A stretch of DNA of 7,545 nt from a virus (taxonomy: Duplodnaviria; Heunggongvirae; Uroviricota; Caudoviricetes), in IMG/VR virus record IMGVR_UViG_2693429524_000008; one strand, written 5' to 3'. The notes below the pieces were generated by a model. The model made no database searches. It was not told the DNA's origin and saw nothing but the letters and a program-made list of their open reading frames with translations. Shown piece by piece: positions 1 to 6,263 of the stretch. A program made the position numbers and the translations under genes. Numbering within the stretch: the first letter of the stretch is position 1; each line of letters begins with the position of its first letter.

Positions 1-111
1 CATACTCCTCCGGCAGAAGCAGAAAAAGCTTATTATGCTTCCATCGGAAACGATGATCTGGCAGCCTGAGTTCACAGATAAAACACTCTCCAGGAAACCC
101 GGGGCGGTTCA
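1..111 (+). mobile_element. 3' terminal fragment of an IS3-family insertion sequence (IS629/IS1203-like): transposase OrfB C-terminus (1..69) plus about 25 bp right terminal inverted repeat (87..111); element body lies outside the window to the left
   Basis: Seen: 1..111 is the exact reverse complement of 7435..7545. Frame +1 of 1..69 reads HTPPAEAEKAYYASIGNDDLAA-stop, which fits the conserved C-terminal tail of IS3-family DDE transposases. Read from the tip the end is 5'-TGAACCGCCCCGGGTTTCCTGGAGA, the TG...CA terminus typical of IS3-family inverted repeats. The IS629-like assignment is from memory, not a database hit. Confidence 0.6.
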
Positions 112-530
112 GGTTTTGGCGTGTATTCTGGAACAGGTTTCCCTTTTTTTCTGCATGCTTCTGCCCTGAGTCTCCAGTTTTCCTCATGACGCCGGTTCGT
201 CATTTTCTGCATTGCTGAATAAATTTTTGATTCAGTAATGTCTCTTAGTTGCATTCCTGCGAAATGTTGAAGCCAGAATCCGATCCGGCTTTTGTCATCG
301 TCCAGTGATTTTTTATGTGCTTTCTCTTCAAGCCACCTGACACACGCTTCCTCGAACGTTATATCAGGTATTTCACCAAGTTTGCTGACCCGCCATGCTT
401 CAGCCTTTAGCTTGTCATGGAGTTCTGTCGCCTGCCTTTTGTCCTTTGTTCCAAGAGACTGTTTAAATCTTTTACCGTTCGGCAATGTGAAACTGGCGTA
501 CCATATTTCACCTCTGCGGAAGAGTGACAT
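72..530 (-). pseudogene. int: Phage tyrosine integrase, N-terminal fragment only (integrase-derived part 112..530, about 139 codons; the last 13 codons and stop are read from IS sequence)
   Basis: ORF 72..530 (152 aa) begins [31 protein letters not shown]..., recalled as the N-terminus of DLP12/IntD-like lambdoid integrases (arm-binding and start of core-binding domain). The catalytic domain with the R/H-x-x-R/Y active-site residues is completely absent. Integrase-like sequence stops at the IS junction at 111/112. Position next to xis and orientation are lambdoid-typical. Confidence 0.75.
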
Positions 531-757
531 TTTCTTTCCTCTGTTATGCCATCACCCGCGCTCACCTGGACAGTATGCAGCGGAGACTGAAGAGCCGCAA
601 TGCAGGCTTGTCGTGTTGTGAGGTAAGGAGATTTATTCTTAGTGGGATCTTTGCGTGTTGCCTGAAGACGCCCTGTGCGTATCCAGTTAATGGCAGTCGG
701 TCTGGATATCTTGAGAAAATGACAGGCCTCATCGAGAGTGAGGCTGTATGGCTCCAT
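407..757 (-). CDS. xis: Excisionase-like HTH DNA-binding protein (Xis/AlpA family), 116 aa
   Basis: Within ORF 407..841; start chosen at the internal ATG 755..757 ([31 protein letters not shown]...), which has a GAGGTG Shine-Dalgarno about 8 nt upstream and overlaps the stop of the upstream gene as TAATG. The HTH segment resembles excisionase/AlpA-type regulators. Lies immediately upstream of and overlapping int (407..530), as in lambdoid int-xis modules. Confidence 0.55.
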   Translation of the reverse strand: MEPYSLTLDEACHFLKISRPTAINWIRTGRLQATRKDPTKNKSPYLTTRQACIAALQSPLHTVQVSAGDGITEERKCHSSAEVKYGTPVSHCRTVKDLNSLLEQRTKGRRQNSMTS

Positions 758-1062
758 TATTTCACCTCTTGCTGTGACATTGTTGAAAAATGGATACCAG
801 CTCGTTGCTGCCAGACGATCCAACCGAGAGTCATATCCCATGCCATGTATTCGTTATCGCCGTTTTTTGCTCTCCGACGATCTACTAAGTCACCGAAACG
901 CTTTTCCATGAATAATTCATAAGCTTCGCGTTCATCTGGTTCTACTTCCAGAGATAGGAGTGCGATTTCATAAGCACGGCGCTCAATATCGTCTCGCACG
1001 TCAAGGCTGCTGATACGCTCTTTAATTTCTTTAATCAGTTCTTTGTCGGTAAAAGTGGTCAT
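757..1062 (-). CDS. Hypothetical small acidic phage protein, 101 aa
   Basis: ORF MTTFTDKELIKEIKERISSLDVRDDIERRAYEIALLSLEVEPDEREAYELFMEKRF...; its start overlaps the upstream stop as TAATG (1060..1064) and its stop overlaps the xis start as TAATG (755..759), indicating translational coupling in a leftward operon. No recognisable domain. Confidence 0.5.
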   Translation of the reverse strand: MTTFTDKELIKEIKERISSLDVRDDIERRAYEIALLSLEVEPDEREAYELFMEKRFGDLVDRRRAKNGDNEYMAWDMTLGWIVWQQRAGIHFSTMSQQEVK

Positions 1063-1424
1063 TATGCTCCAGCCTCCGGTGCTTTTGGCATTACTGCCCA
1101 GTGAGTGATATTGACGTTTTCAAGGTCCCCAACCTGAAATGTCCACTGCCATTCTCCGGTTTCTTTTTGTCCCCAGGTGTACCAGAGAGAACGCCAACCA
1201 ATTAGCCAGCCTTCTCCGTTAGCATCGAATAACAAAACACTTTCATTTGCTGGTGGCAGTTCAGTTGACACTGGTATTACTTTGTTTTCCTGTGCTGCAC
1301 ATTTAGCTTCAAGCGCATCGAATTTACGCACCAGGTATTCAGCATCTGTTTCATTTACTTTCAGATCTCGCGGTACACATCTCCCACGAAGAAACCCTTC
1401 CATTTCGAAAACATTCATGCGCAT
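1062..1424 (-). CDS. DUF551-domain phage protein, 120 aa (alternative start at ATG 1416..1418, which overlaps the upstream stop as ATGA)
   Basis: C-terminal segment ...ESVLLFDANGEGWLIGWRSLWYTWGQKETGEWQWTFQVGDLENVNITHWAVMPKAPE matches the recalled DUF551 pattern (W-rich, ending in a THW-x-x-P-x-x-P motif) common in lambdoid early-left regions. Confidence 0.6.
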   Translation of the reverse strand: MRMNVFEMEGFLRGRCVPRDLKVNETDAEYLVRKFDALEAKCAAQENKVIPVSTELPPANESVLLFDANGEGWLIGWRSLWYTWGQKETGEWQWTFQVGDLENVNITHWAVMPKAPEAGA

Positions 1425-1951
1425 TTGCGTAACTCCGATAACTCGTTAAAGCGTTCCATAAACATCCCGTAGGCATGGCCCGGTGCCAGTGGAATCACGT
1501 TGAACATCTCTGTTGCCGGGATACCTTCCAGTACAGGCCAGAAAGAGCCATCATCAAGCCCGAGATCGCGGCGTTCGGTTGCCAGCATGATGAGATCGGC
1601 ATATTTCACGGGCGTACTCATAACTGGGGGTAACCCGTATTTCTCACGGATTACGGCGTCTATTTTTTCTTCCATTTGTTTATAGTCAGGAAGAAGGCGT
1701 TTCAGTGGTGCGGGAATGTCCTGGCAATACGCTTCTGTTGCATCATGCATTAACGCTTCAAAAGCAAATTCCTGCGGCACCAACTGGCTGCAAAGAACCG
1801 CATGTTGGGCGACGCTGTAGAAGTGCGAAAGATGACCGGCAAAGCGACAGATATTTGAAAGGGAAACCGCGATATCGTTAATATCGATGTCGTCTTTATT
1901 TATCCTGTCATAATAAAAATGCTTCCCGGAAAAAGTTTTAATAAATGACAT
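1415..1951 (-). CDS. yfdR: HD-domain 5'-deoxynucleotidase, YfdR-like (YfbR family), 178 aa
   Basis: Within ORF 1415..1978; start placed at ATG 1949..1951 (MSFIKTFSGKHFYYD...) because of a GGAGAA Shine-Dalgarno 6 nt upstream. HD-domain metal-binding signature visible (H..H in HLSHFYSVAQH and HD in EALMHDATEAY). Length and N-terminus match my recollection of the CPS-53 prophage protein YfdR. Confidence 0.7.
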   Translation of the reverse strand: MSFIKTFSGKHFYYDRINKDDIDINDIAVSLSNICRFAGHLSHFYSVAQHAVLCSQLVPQEFAFEALMHDATEAYCQDIPAPLKRLLPDYKQMEEKIDAVIREKYGLPPVMSTPVKYADLIMLATERRDLGLDDGSFWPVLEGIPATEMFNVIPLAPGHAYGMFMERFNELSELRKCA

Positions 1952-2044
1952 TTTGTTCTCCACGTATATGCGCTGCACCGCGCTGAATTTTGGTTAAAGA
2001 AAACCCTCGCCATCAGGCGATTATTGAGTTAATTACGTTTCTAT

Positions 2045-2066
2045 AAATGCCCCCGCAGGGGCATTT
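2045..2066. other. GC-rich hairpin (9-bp stem AAATGCCCC / GGGGCATTT, 4-nt loop) in the yfdQ-like to yfdR-like intergenic spacer
   Basis: Perfect inverted repeat seen directly; no U-tract follows on either strand, so it is not a canonical intrinsic terminator. Confidence 0.4.
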
Positions 2067-2078
2067 GCAGTAATGAAA

Positions 2079-2903
2079 TCAGGCGGTGAAAGTACCAATA
2101 AAGGTTTCTACTTTGCTGTCTTTGAATTTTTCAACAAGCAGATTACGAAATTCGTTAGCCATTTCTTCCTGTACTGCTTCCAGCTGAATAATGCGCAGAA
2201 CCAGTACAGGGCGATCACCAGTGATAATGCTGAGGCGTAATTTAAACGGACGTTCTTTCAGGCCTTCAAACGGAACGCATTTAAACTCAAATGCTACTGG
2301 CATAATGTCTTTAGTTTTCGCTTCGACAGACTCCATCAGAGAGCGTTTGCCGCTGAAGTCATTGTCTTCAAAATCAGCGGTCTGGTTTGCTTCAATCGTG
2401 ATTTTACGGACCGCCGCAGCCGCTTTTGTTGCCTGAATGGCGTCACCATTAGCATCAAAGCCCACAAGGTAGTCGGCCCAGTCTTCAATCCATTCTGCCA
2501 GTGACTTCTGGGAGTTACGCTCGCCGTTAACAGACAACAGGGCAGAGAACGGTGCTGTCTTTTTCAGTTTGAGAGTGGCGGTGTTATCTGCGTGACCTGG
2601 TTCATCAATAGTACCCAGGTTAAGCACACTGACGGCTCGCATATTATCAGCATCGATAAAGCAGCGGGTGCTTTCATCTGCAAGATCTTTAGAATAACGG
2701 GTAAAGTCATCGATGCTGGCAGTGGAAAGCGCACCACGGAAACGGAAGCGATTTAAATTAAATTTTTCCAGATCATGAATGCGGAAATTCTCAGGCAATG
2801 CCACAGCATCGGCACCAATCTTACTGATAATTTCATTAACACCCTGAGCAGAAATAAGGGCATGGATTTGATTAATTTCGGTTGCGTCTAAGTTCTGAGA
2901 CAT
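2079..2903 (-). CDS. yfdQ: YfdQ-like DUF2303 family prophage protein, 274 aa
   Basis: Long clean ORF with a GAGGA Shine-Dalgarno 6 nt upstream of ATG 2901..2903. Sequence ([33 protein letters not shown]...) and length agree with my recollection of CPS-53 YfdQ; synteny between the YfdP-like and YfdR-like genes supports this. Confidence 0.65.
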   Translation of the reverse strand: MSQNLDATEINQIHALISAQGVNEIISKIGADAVALPENFRIHDLEKFNLNRFRFRGALSTASIDDFTRYSKDLADESTRCFIDADNMRAVSVLNLGTIDEPGHADNTATLKLKKTAPFSALLSVNGERNSQKSLAEWIEDWADYLVGFDANGDAIQATKAAAAVRKITIEANQTADFEDNDFSGKRSLMESVEAKTKDIMPVAFEFKCVPFEGLKERPFKLRLSIITGDRPVLVLRIIQLEAVQEEMANEFRNLLVEKFKDSKVETFIGTFTA

Positions 2904-2968
2904 AATAAGTCCTCACTATATAAAGATATTCAGTGATGAGATAAATAATCAGTTAATTAAGAACGATA

Positions 2969-3331
2969 TTAATGACCTGCTGCGCGGAGTTTTCCGTCAG
3001 GCTCACCGGCAAGAGTCAGTAATTGTCCCTGGTCTTCCTGCAGAATAGTCAGGCGACCACCGCGATTGACATACATCGGTGTTTCGGTGGTGTCTTCTTC
3101 GGAAATTTTCCCGCGGTTAGTCGGGCGAACATATGAGAGTTTGTGTTTGATTTTCACACGGTTCTCATCAAATGGTTCGATTTCCAGGTTGAGCGAGACC
3201 TTACCTTTGGTTTTCGTGTTCATCACACCGGAAGCGACTTCACTGAGAACTGCGCCGATTTTGGTTTCAAATACGCCGCCGTCCAGCTCCCCGATAAATG
3301 CCTGCACATCAGTACTGCGTTCGCTAGCCAT
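2969..3331 (-). CDS. yfdP: YfdP-like small prophage protein, 120 aa (the longer ORF to 3517 is probably upstream read-through)
   Basis: Start placed at ATG 3329..3331 (MASERSTDVQAFIGELDGG...) because AGGAG lies 7 nt upstream; the 62 codons above it are Cys/Arg/His-rich and not protein-like. Gene order P then Q then R on the minus strand matches the yfdP-yfdQ-yfdR order recalled for E. coli K-12 CPS-53. Confidence 0.5.
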   Translation of the reverse strand: MASERSTDVQAFIGELDGGVFETKIGAVLSEVASGVMNTKTKGKVSLNLEIEPFDENRVKIKHKLSYVRPTNRGKISEEDTTETPMYVNRGGRLTILQEDQGQLLTLAGEPDGKLRAAGH

Positions 3332-3379
3332 TTTGCTGCTCCTCATCATATCGACCCTGCAAGGTCGGTTAGTTTCTCC

Positions 3380-3468
3380 ACAAAACAGAGAAGAACACCT
3401 GCGGTGGCAGCCGCCCGGATGGATTGGGTTATGAGCCCGTCGTCCGGTGATGCTCTTCTCTGTTTTGT
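3380..3468. repeat. Long-range inverted repeat: 15-bp perfect arms (3380..3394 and 3454..3468) separated by 59 nt, in the untranslated leader upstream of the yfdP-like gene
   Basis: 3381..3394 CAAAACAGAGAAGA is the exact reverse complement of 3454..3467, with one further A/T pair at 3380/3468. Confidence 0.5.
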
Positions 3469-3946
3469 AAAAAGAGCGGTACCAGCCGGAAGCAAGTGTA
3501 CAAACTGGTACCGCCAAAGCAGTGGCTGTTGTGGTGACCGGTGCTGATCTCCGGCTTGCGGTTATTTCAGACTCTCACGGGCGTTTAATTGCCCCGCCGA
3601 ACAGCTCTTTTCCGCAATAGCTGCAATGTCTTTCGCGCATCAGTCTGCGCATTCACCACAACGCTGAGAGCACTTAGCCAGTTACGGCACCACACTTTGT
3701 CGCGGTTCCATAAATGCCCTCATCGTTGCACCCTGGTCTCTTCCCAGGCGTCAAACCGAATCGCCACGCTGGTTAGGCGTCTTATCAGCATCATCATTGA
3801 CTTGCACATTCCGGCTACCTGGTTTGTTTGCTCGAGCAAGGAGTGGATTGTCCCCTTTAACGTCACCAGACCGCTAACGACGCATGTGCCATACGCCGTG
3901 TTACAACCAAATTTTGTTTTAATCTTGCCTGTGTTATGTTTCTTTT

Positions 3947-3980
3947 AGATACATTGTGTATCTCATGGATACATTGTCAA
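3947..3980 (-). promoter_or_regulatory. Candidate leftward early promoter (pL-like) with overlapping operator: minus-strand -35 TTGACA (3975..3980), 16-nt spacer, -10 CACAAT (3953..3958); perfect 17-bp palindrome AGATACA-TTG-TGTATCT (3947..3963) plus a second GATACATTG half-site copy (3968..3976)
   Basis: Consensus -35 hexamer and palindrome seen directly; the -10 is weak (lacks the first T). Position immediately downstream of the repressor terminator and upstream of the leftward gene block fits an oL/pL arrangement. Confidence 0.4.
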
Positions 3981-3983
3981 GTA

Positions 3984-4006
3984 TAAAAAAACCTGCCGAA
4001 GCAGGT
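3984..4006 (-). terminator. Rho-independent terminator for the repressor gene (minus-strand RNA: ACCUGC-UUCG-GCAGGU followed by a U-tract)
   Basis: 6-bp perfect stem (3991..3996 / 4001..4006) with a UUCG tetraloop, followed on the minus strand by a run of six to seven T (3984..3990), beginning 13 nt after the repressor stop codon (4020..4022). Confidence 0.7.
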
Positions 4007-4019
4007 TCATAAATATTGA

Positions 4020-4694
4020 TTAGGCCTTTATTGTGTATCTTCTTGGTTTTCCCGAGAAAATCACTGTACCAATTATAGAGCAATTACCGTTAATCTTAAT
4101 GTAAGGCTCAGGCCAGTTTGGGTTTAATGCTTTGAGATAACGCTGTGTTCCATCTTCTATCAATCGCTTGAAGGTGGTTTCGCCTGTATCGTGCATCAAT
4201 GCAATAACGTCGTCACCGTGGCAGGCAGGGACTTCGGGATCAACAAAAATCATGTCTCCAGGGCGGTACTCATCAATCATTGAATCACCAATCACCCGCA
4301 AGATATAAGTCATTTCGCCACAGGGTACAGGGCAGGGATACGTTTCTGCTGTGCTCAAATCAACCTCAGAATAGCCAACTTCTTTCCATGCTCCGGCCTG
4401 TACCCATGATATGACAGGGACTAACGTTATTTGTTTGTTAGTGATTGAAACATCAGGTTTTTTTGTGATGTTCGTTGTCTGGTGTTCTTGATCAAGCCAT
4501 CCGACAGGCAGGTCGAAACATTTTTCGATGTGCCGTGCCATGCTGTCACCGATATTTTTAGTAGCGCCATCCCCCATAAACCTGCTGGTCTGGGTTGGCT
4601 CGCGATCAATCATGGTGGCAAAGGATGAATTTCCGCCAACACCATCTCTCAGTTTTCTGGCGTTAGACCGCCGGATGTCATGGATTGTTTTCAT
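4020..4694 (-). CDS. CI-like prophage repressor: N-terminal HTH domain plus C-terminal S24 (LexA/UmuD-like) autopeptidase domain, 224 aa
   Basis: C-terminal half carries the S24 signature: putative Ala-Gly cleavage site (VQAGAW), Ser nucleophile in VIGDSM and Lys in TFKRL. Divergently oriented to a Cro-like gene across an operator-bearing spacer. Confidence 0.8.
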   Translation of the reverse strand: MKTIHDIRRSNARKLRDGVGGNSSFATMIDREPTQTSRFMGDGATKNIGDSMARHIEKCFDLPVGWLDQEHQTTNITKKPDVSITNKQITLVPVISWVQAGAWKEVGYSEVDLSTAETYPCPVPCGEMTYILRVIGDSMIDEYRPGDMIFVDPEVPACHGDDVIALMHDTGETTFKRLIEDGTQRYLKALNPNWPEPYIKINGNCSIIGTVIFSGKPRRYTIKA

Positions 4695-4710
4695 AACGAA
4701 ATTAAAACCT

Positions 4711-4780
4711 TTGTACCGATAAGGTACAAGTATCTTGAGGGTTCATTTCAATCATGTAATATGTATACCGTAGGTACATA
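4711..4780. promoter_or_regulatory. Immunity-region operator/promoter cluster: perfect 19-bp palindrome TTGTACC-GATAA-GGTACAA (4711..4729), imperfect palindrome TGTATACC-GTA-GGTACATA (4762..4780), and a rightward promoter -35 TTGAGG (4735..4740) / -10 TAATAT (4757..4762)
   Basis: Palindromes and hexamers read directly from the 90-bp spacer between the divergent repressor (start 4694) and cro-like (start 4785) genes; the second palindrome overlaps the -10 and predicted transcription start. Confidence 0.5.
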
Positions 4781-4784
4781 TTGT

Positions 4785-4985
4785 ATGAAAGCGTACTGGG
4801 ACTCTTTAACCAAAGAACAGCAGGGCGAGTTGGCCGGAAAAGTTGGCTCAACACCTGGCTACTTACGGCTGGTTTTCAATGGTTATAAAAAAGCCAGTTT
4901 TGTGCTGGCTAAAAAACTTGAGCAATGCACGTCAGGTGCAATTACGAAATCTGACTTAAGACCGGATATCTATCCGAAAGATTAA
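4785..4985 (+). CDS. Cro-like HTH regulator (YdaS/DUF1019-type), 66 aa
   Basis: Within ORF 4680..4985; start placed at ATG 4785 (MKAYWDSLTKEQQGELAGKVGSTPGYLRLVFNGYKKASFVLAKKLEQCTSGAITKSDLRPDIYPKD) because the upstream part of the ORF overlaps the promoter/operators. An HTH followed by the DLRPDI motif is characteristic of YdaS-type Cro proteins. Confidence 0.6.
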   Translation: MKAYWDSLTKEQQGELAGKVGSTPGYLRLVFNGYKKASFVLAKKLEQCTSGAITKSDLRPDIYPKD

Positions 4986-5016
4986 CAGAACACCTTCAAT
5001 TTTTAACCACAGAACG

Positions 5017-5580
5017 ATGAGGCTAACCGTGGGTAAGCATCACTGGAAAGTAGAAAAACAGCCTGAGTGGTACGTGAAAGCTGTCAGAAAAACTATCGCA
5101 GCGTTGCCGGGTGGTTACGCTGAAGCAGCTGACTGGCTGGATGTAACAGAGAACGCATTATTTAACCGCCTTCGTGCCTATGGCGATCAGATTTTCCCGC
5201 TGGGATGGGCAATGGTTTTACAGCGCGCGGCTGGCACTCACTACATTGCGGATGCTGTCGCACAGTCTGCTGGTGGGGTGTTCGTATCGCTTCCTGAAAT
5301 TGAGGAAGTAGAGAACGCCGATATAAACCAGCGCCTGCTGGAAGTCATTGAACAGATCGGCAGTTATTCAAAACAGATTCGTTCAGCAATTGAAGACGGT
5401 GTAGTGGAACCGAATGAGAAGACAGCAATTAACGACGAGCTGTACCTCTCAATTTCGAAGCTGCAGGAGCATGCAGCACTGGTCTACAAAATTTTTTGCA
5501 TTTCAGAAAGTAATGACGCCCGCGAGTGTGCAGCTCCGGGCGCCGTGGCGTGTCGTGACTGTGGAGAAACTAACGCATGA
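5017..5580 (+). CDS. CII-like phage regulatory protein (CP76-type), 187 aa; possible alternative GTG start at 5029 with a GAGG Shine-Dalgarno
   Basis: Position directly after cro; sequence features (WYVKAV..., [37 protein letters not shown]...) match my recollection of the enterobacterial phage CII/CP76 family. Its stop overlaps the next ATG as ATGA (5577..5580). Confidence 0.55.
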   Translation: MRLTVGKHHWKVEKQPEWYVKAVRKTIAALPGGYAEAADWLDVTENALFNRLRAYGDQIFPLGWAMVLQRAAGTHYIADAVAQSAGGVFVSLPEIEEVENADINQRLLEVIEQIGSYSKQIRSAIEDGVVEPNEKTAINDELYLSISKLQEHAALVYKIFCISESNDARECAAPGAVACRDCGETNA

Positions 5581-5915
5581 ACAGTTTAACAACACACTAC
5601 CGTCGCTCGCAACTGATTGCGCTTCCTGTACCGGGTGGAAAAGCGAAGGTGGAGTATTGCTATGCAGTAAATGTACCAGGTGACAGGGAAATTGTAACCC
5701 ACAGCTTTGCAGAGTGGGCTGTGGGTGATTTCAACCGGCAGAAGGAGACAGTCCTTTGCGACAAGTTAACCGCTGGTTCAAAGATCACTACGGAGTGCCC
5801 GTCAGAGTCATTCGTTGGGAGCCGGAAACACAACGGGTTATCTACCTCCGCGAAGGCTATGAGCATGAGTGCTTCAGCCCGCTCGAACAGTTTCGTCGTA
5901 AATTCAGGGAAGTAG
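5577..5915 (+). CDS. Hypothetical ORF, 112 aa; only the N-terminal half looks protein-like, and coding signal moves to another frame from about 5730 (possible frameshifted gene)
   Basis: ATG overlaps the CII-like stop (ATGA). The C-terminal 50 residues are Ser/Ala-rich and low-complexity, while an overlapping frame is clearly protein-like over 5729..5935. Confidence 0.3.
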   Translation: MNSLTTHYRRSQLIALPVPGGKAKVEYCYAVNVPGDREIVTHSFAEWAVGDFNRQKETVLCDKLTAGSKITTECPSESFVGSRKHNGLSTSAKAMSMSASARSNSFVVNSGK

Positions 5916-5935
5916 AGGTCGGTCATGAGCACTAA
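5756..5935 (+). CDS. Small hypothetical protein, 59 codons, TTG start (absent from the ATG-only ORF track); alternatively the C-terminal part of a frameshifted gene that begins at 5577
   Basis: Protein-like translation [59 protein letters not shown]; strong Shine-Dalgarno AAGGAG (5742..5747) 8 nt upstream of TTG 5756; the stop (5933..5935) overlaps the next gene's start. Confidence 0.3.
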   Translation: MRQVNRWFKDHYGVPVRVIRWEPETQRVIYLREGYEHECFSPLEQFRRKFREVEVGHEH

Positions 5936-6263
5936 ATTAACCGGCTATGTATGGGATGGTTGCGCTGCATCAGGCATGAAATTATCCAGCGTGGCAATTA
6001 TGGCCCGCCTGGCTGATTTCAGTAATGACGAAGGTGTGTGCTGGCCATCAATTGAAACCATTGCCCGTCAGATTGGCGCGGGGATGAGTACCGTCAGAAC
6101 GGCTATCGCACGGCTGGAAGCAGAAGGCTGGTTAACGCGTAAGGCGCGTCGCCAGGGTAACCGCAATGCGTCGAATGTTTATCAGCTTAACGTTGCGAAG
6201 CTTCAGGCAGCGGCATTTTCTCAACTGTCAGATTCTGACCCGTCAAAATTTCTTACCTGCTGA
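5925..6263 (+). CDS. Winged-helix (HTH_36-like) replication-initiator-type N-terminal domain protein, 112 aa; possibly the 5' remnant of a longer O-like replication gene
   Basis: AGAGG Shine-Dalgarno 6 nt upstream of ATG 5925. Motif ...DEGVCWPSIETIARQIGAGMSTVRTAIARLEAEGWLTRKARRQGNRNASNVYQLN is typical of the HTH domain at the N-terminus of phage replication-initiation proteins. Followed by about 290 bp without a convincing ORF. Confidence 0.55.
   Translation: MSTKLTGYVWDGCAASGMKLSSVAIMARLADFSNDEGVCWPSIETIARQIGAGMSTVRTAIARLEAEGWLTRKARRQGNRNASNVYQLNVAKLQAAAFSQLSDSDPSKFLTC

Noticed and set aside
292-922. Plus-strand ORFs 292..621 and 524..922 overlapping int/xis
   Set aside because: They lie antisense to well-supported minus-strand genes, are Cys/Ser/Leu-rich with no recognisable motif and have no ribosome-binding site; typical shadow ORFs.
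1177-1685. Plus-strand ORFs 1177..1449 and 1500..1685
   Set aside because: Antisense to the DUF551 and YfdR-like genes; Ser/Arg-rich low-complexity translations.
2191-2436. Plus-strand ORF 2191..2436 inside the YfdQ-like gene
   Set aside because: Antisense shadow ORF; Arg/Ser-rich composition, no start context.
3066-3547. Plus-strand ORFs 3066..3434 and 3143..3547, and the 5' extension of the yfdP-like ORF up to 3517
   Set aside because: Overlap the YfdP-like gene antisense or upstream; translations are Cys/Arg/His-rich. The AGGAG-supported start at 3331 explains the region better.
3723-3944. Possible N-like antiterminator gene on the minus strand downstream of the pL-like promoter
   Set aside because: The only open minus-strand frame here (74 codons) has no ATG until a 29-codon tail (MCKSMMMLIRRLTSVAIRFDAWEETRVQR) and no convincing ribosome-binding site; I could not support a protein gene.
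3589-3948. Plus-strand ORF 3589..3948 (119 aa) in the ORF-poor leader region
   Set aside because: Cys/Arg/His-rich, non-protein-like composition, no Shine-Dalgarno, and it would run convergently into the repressor terminator and operators. Kept only as a caveat in the leader finding.
4427-4722. ORFs 4427..4609 (-) and 4528..4722 (+) inside the repressor gene
   Set aside because: Fully nested in or antisense to the S24 repressor CDS; short and low-complexity.
5414-5932. ORFs 5414..5683 (+) and 5660..5932 (-)
   Set aside because: 5414..5683 is an alternative frame of the CII-like gene; 5660..5932 is antisense to the frame-switching region. Neither has start-site support.
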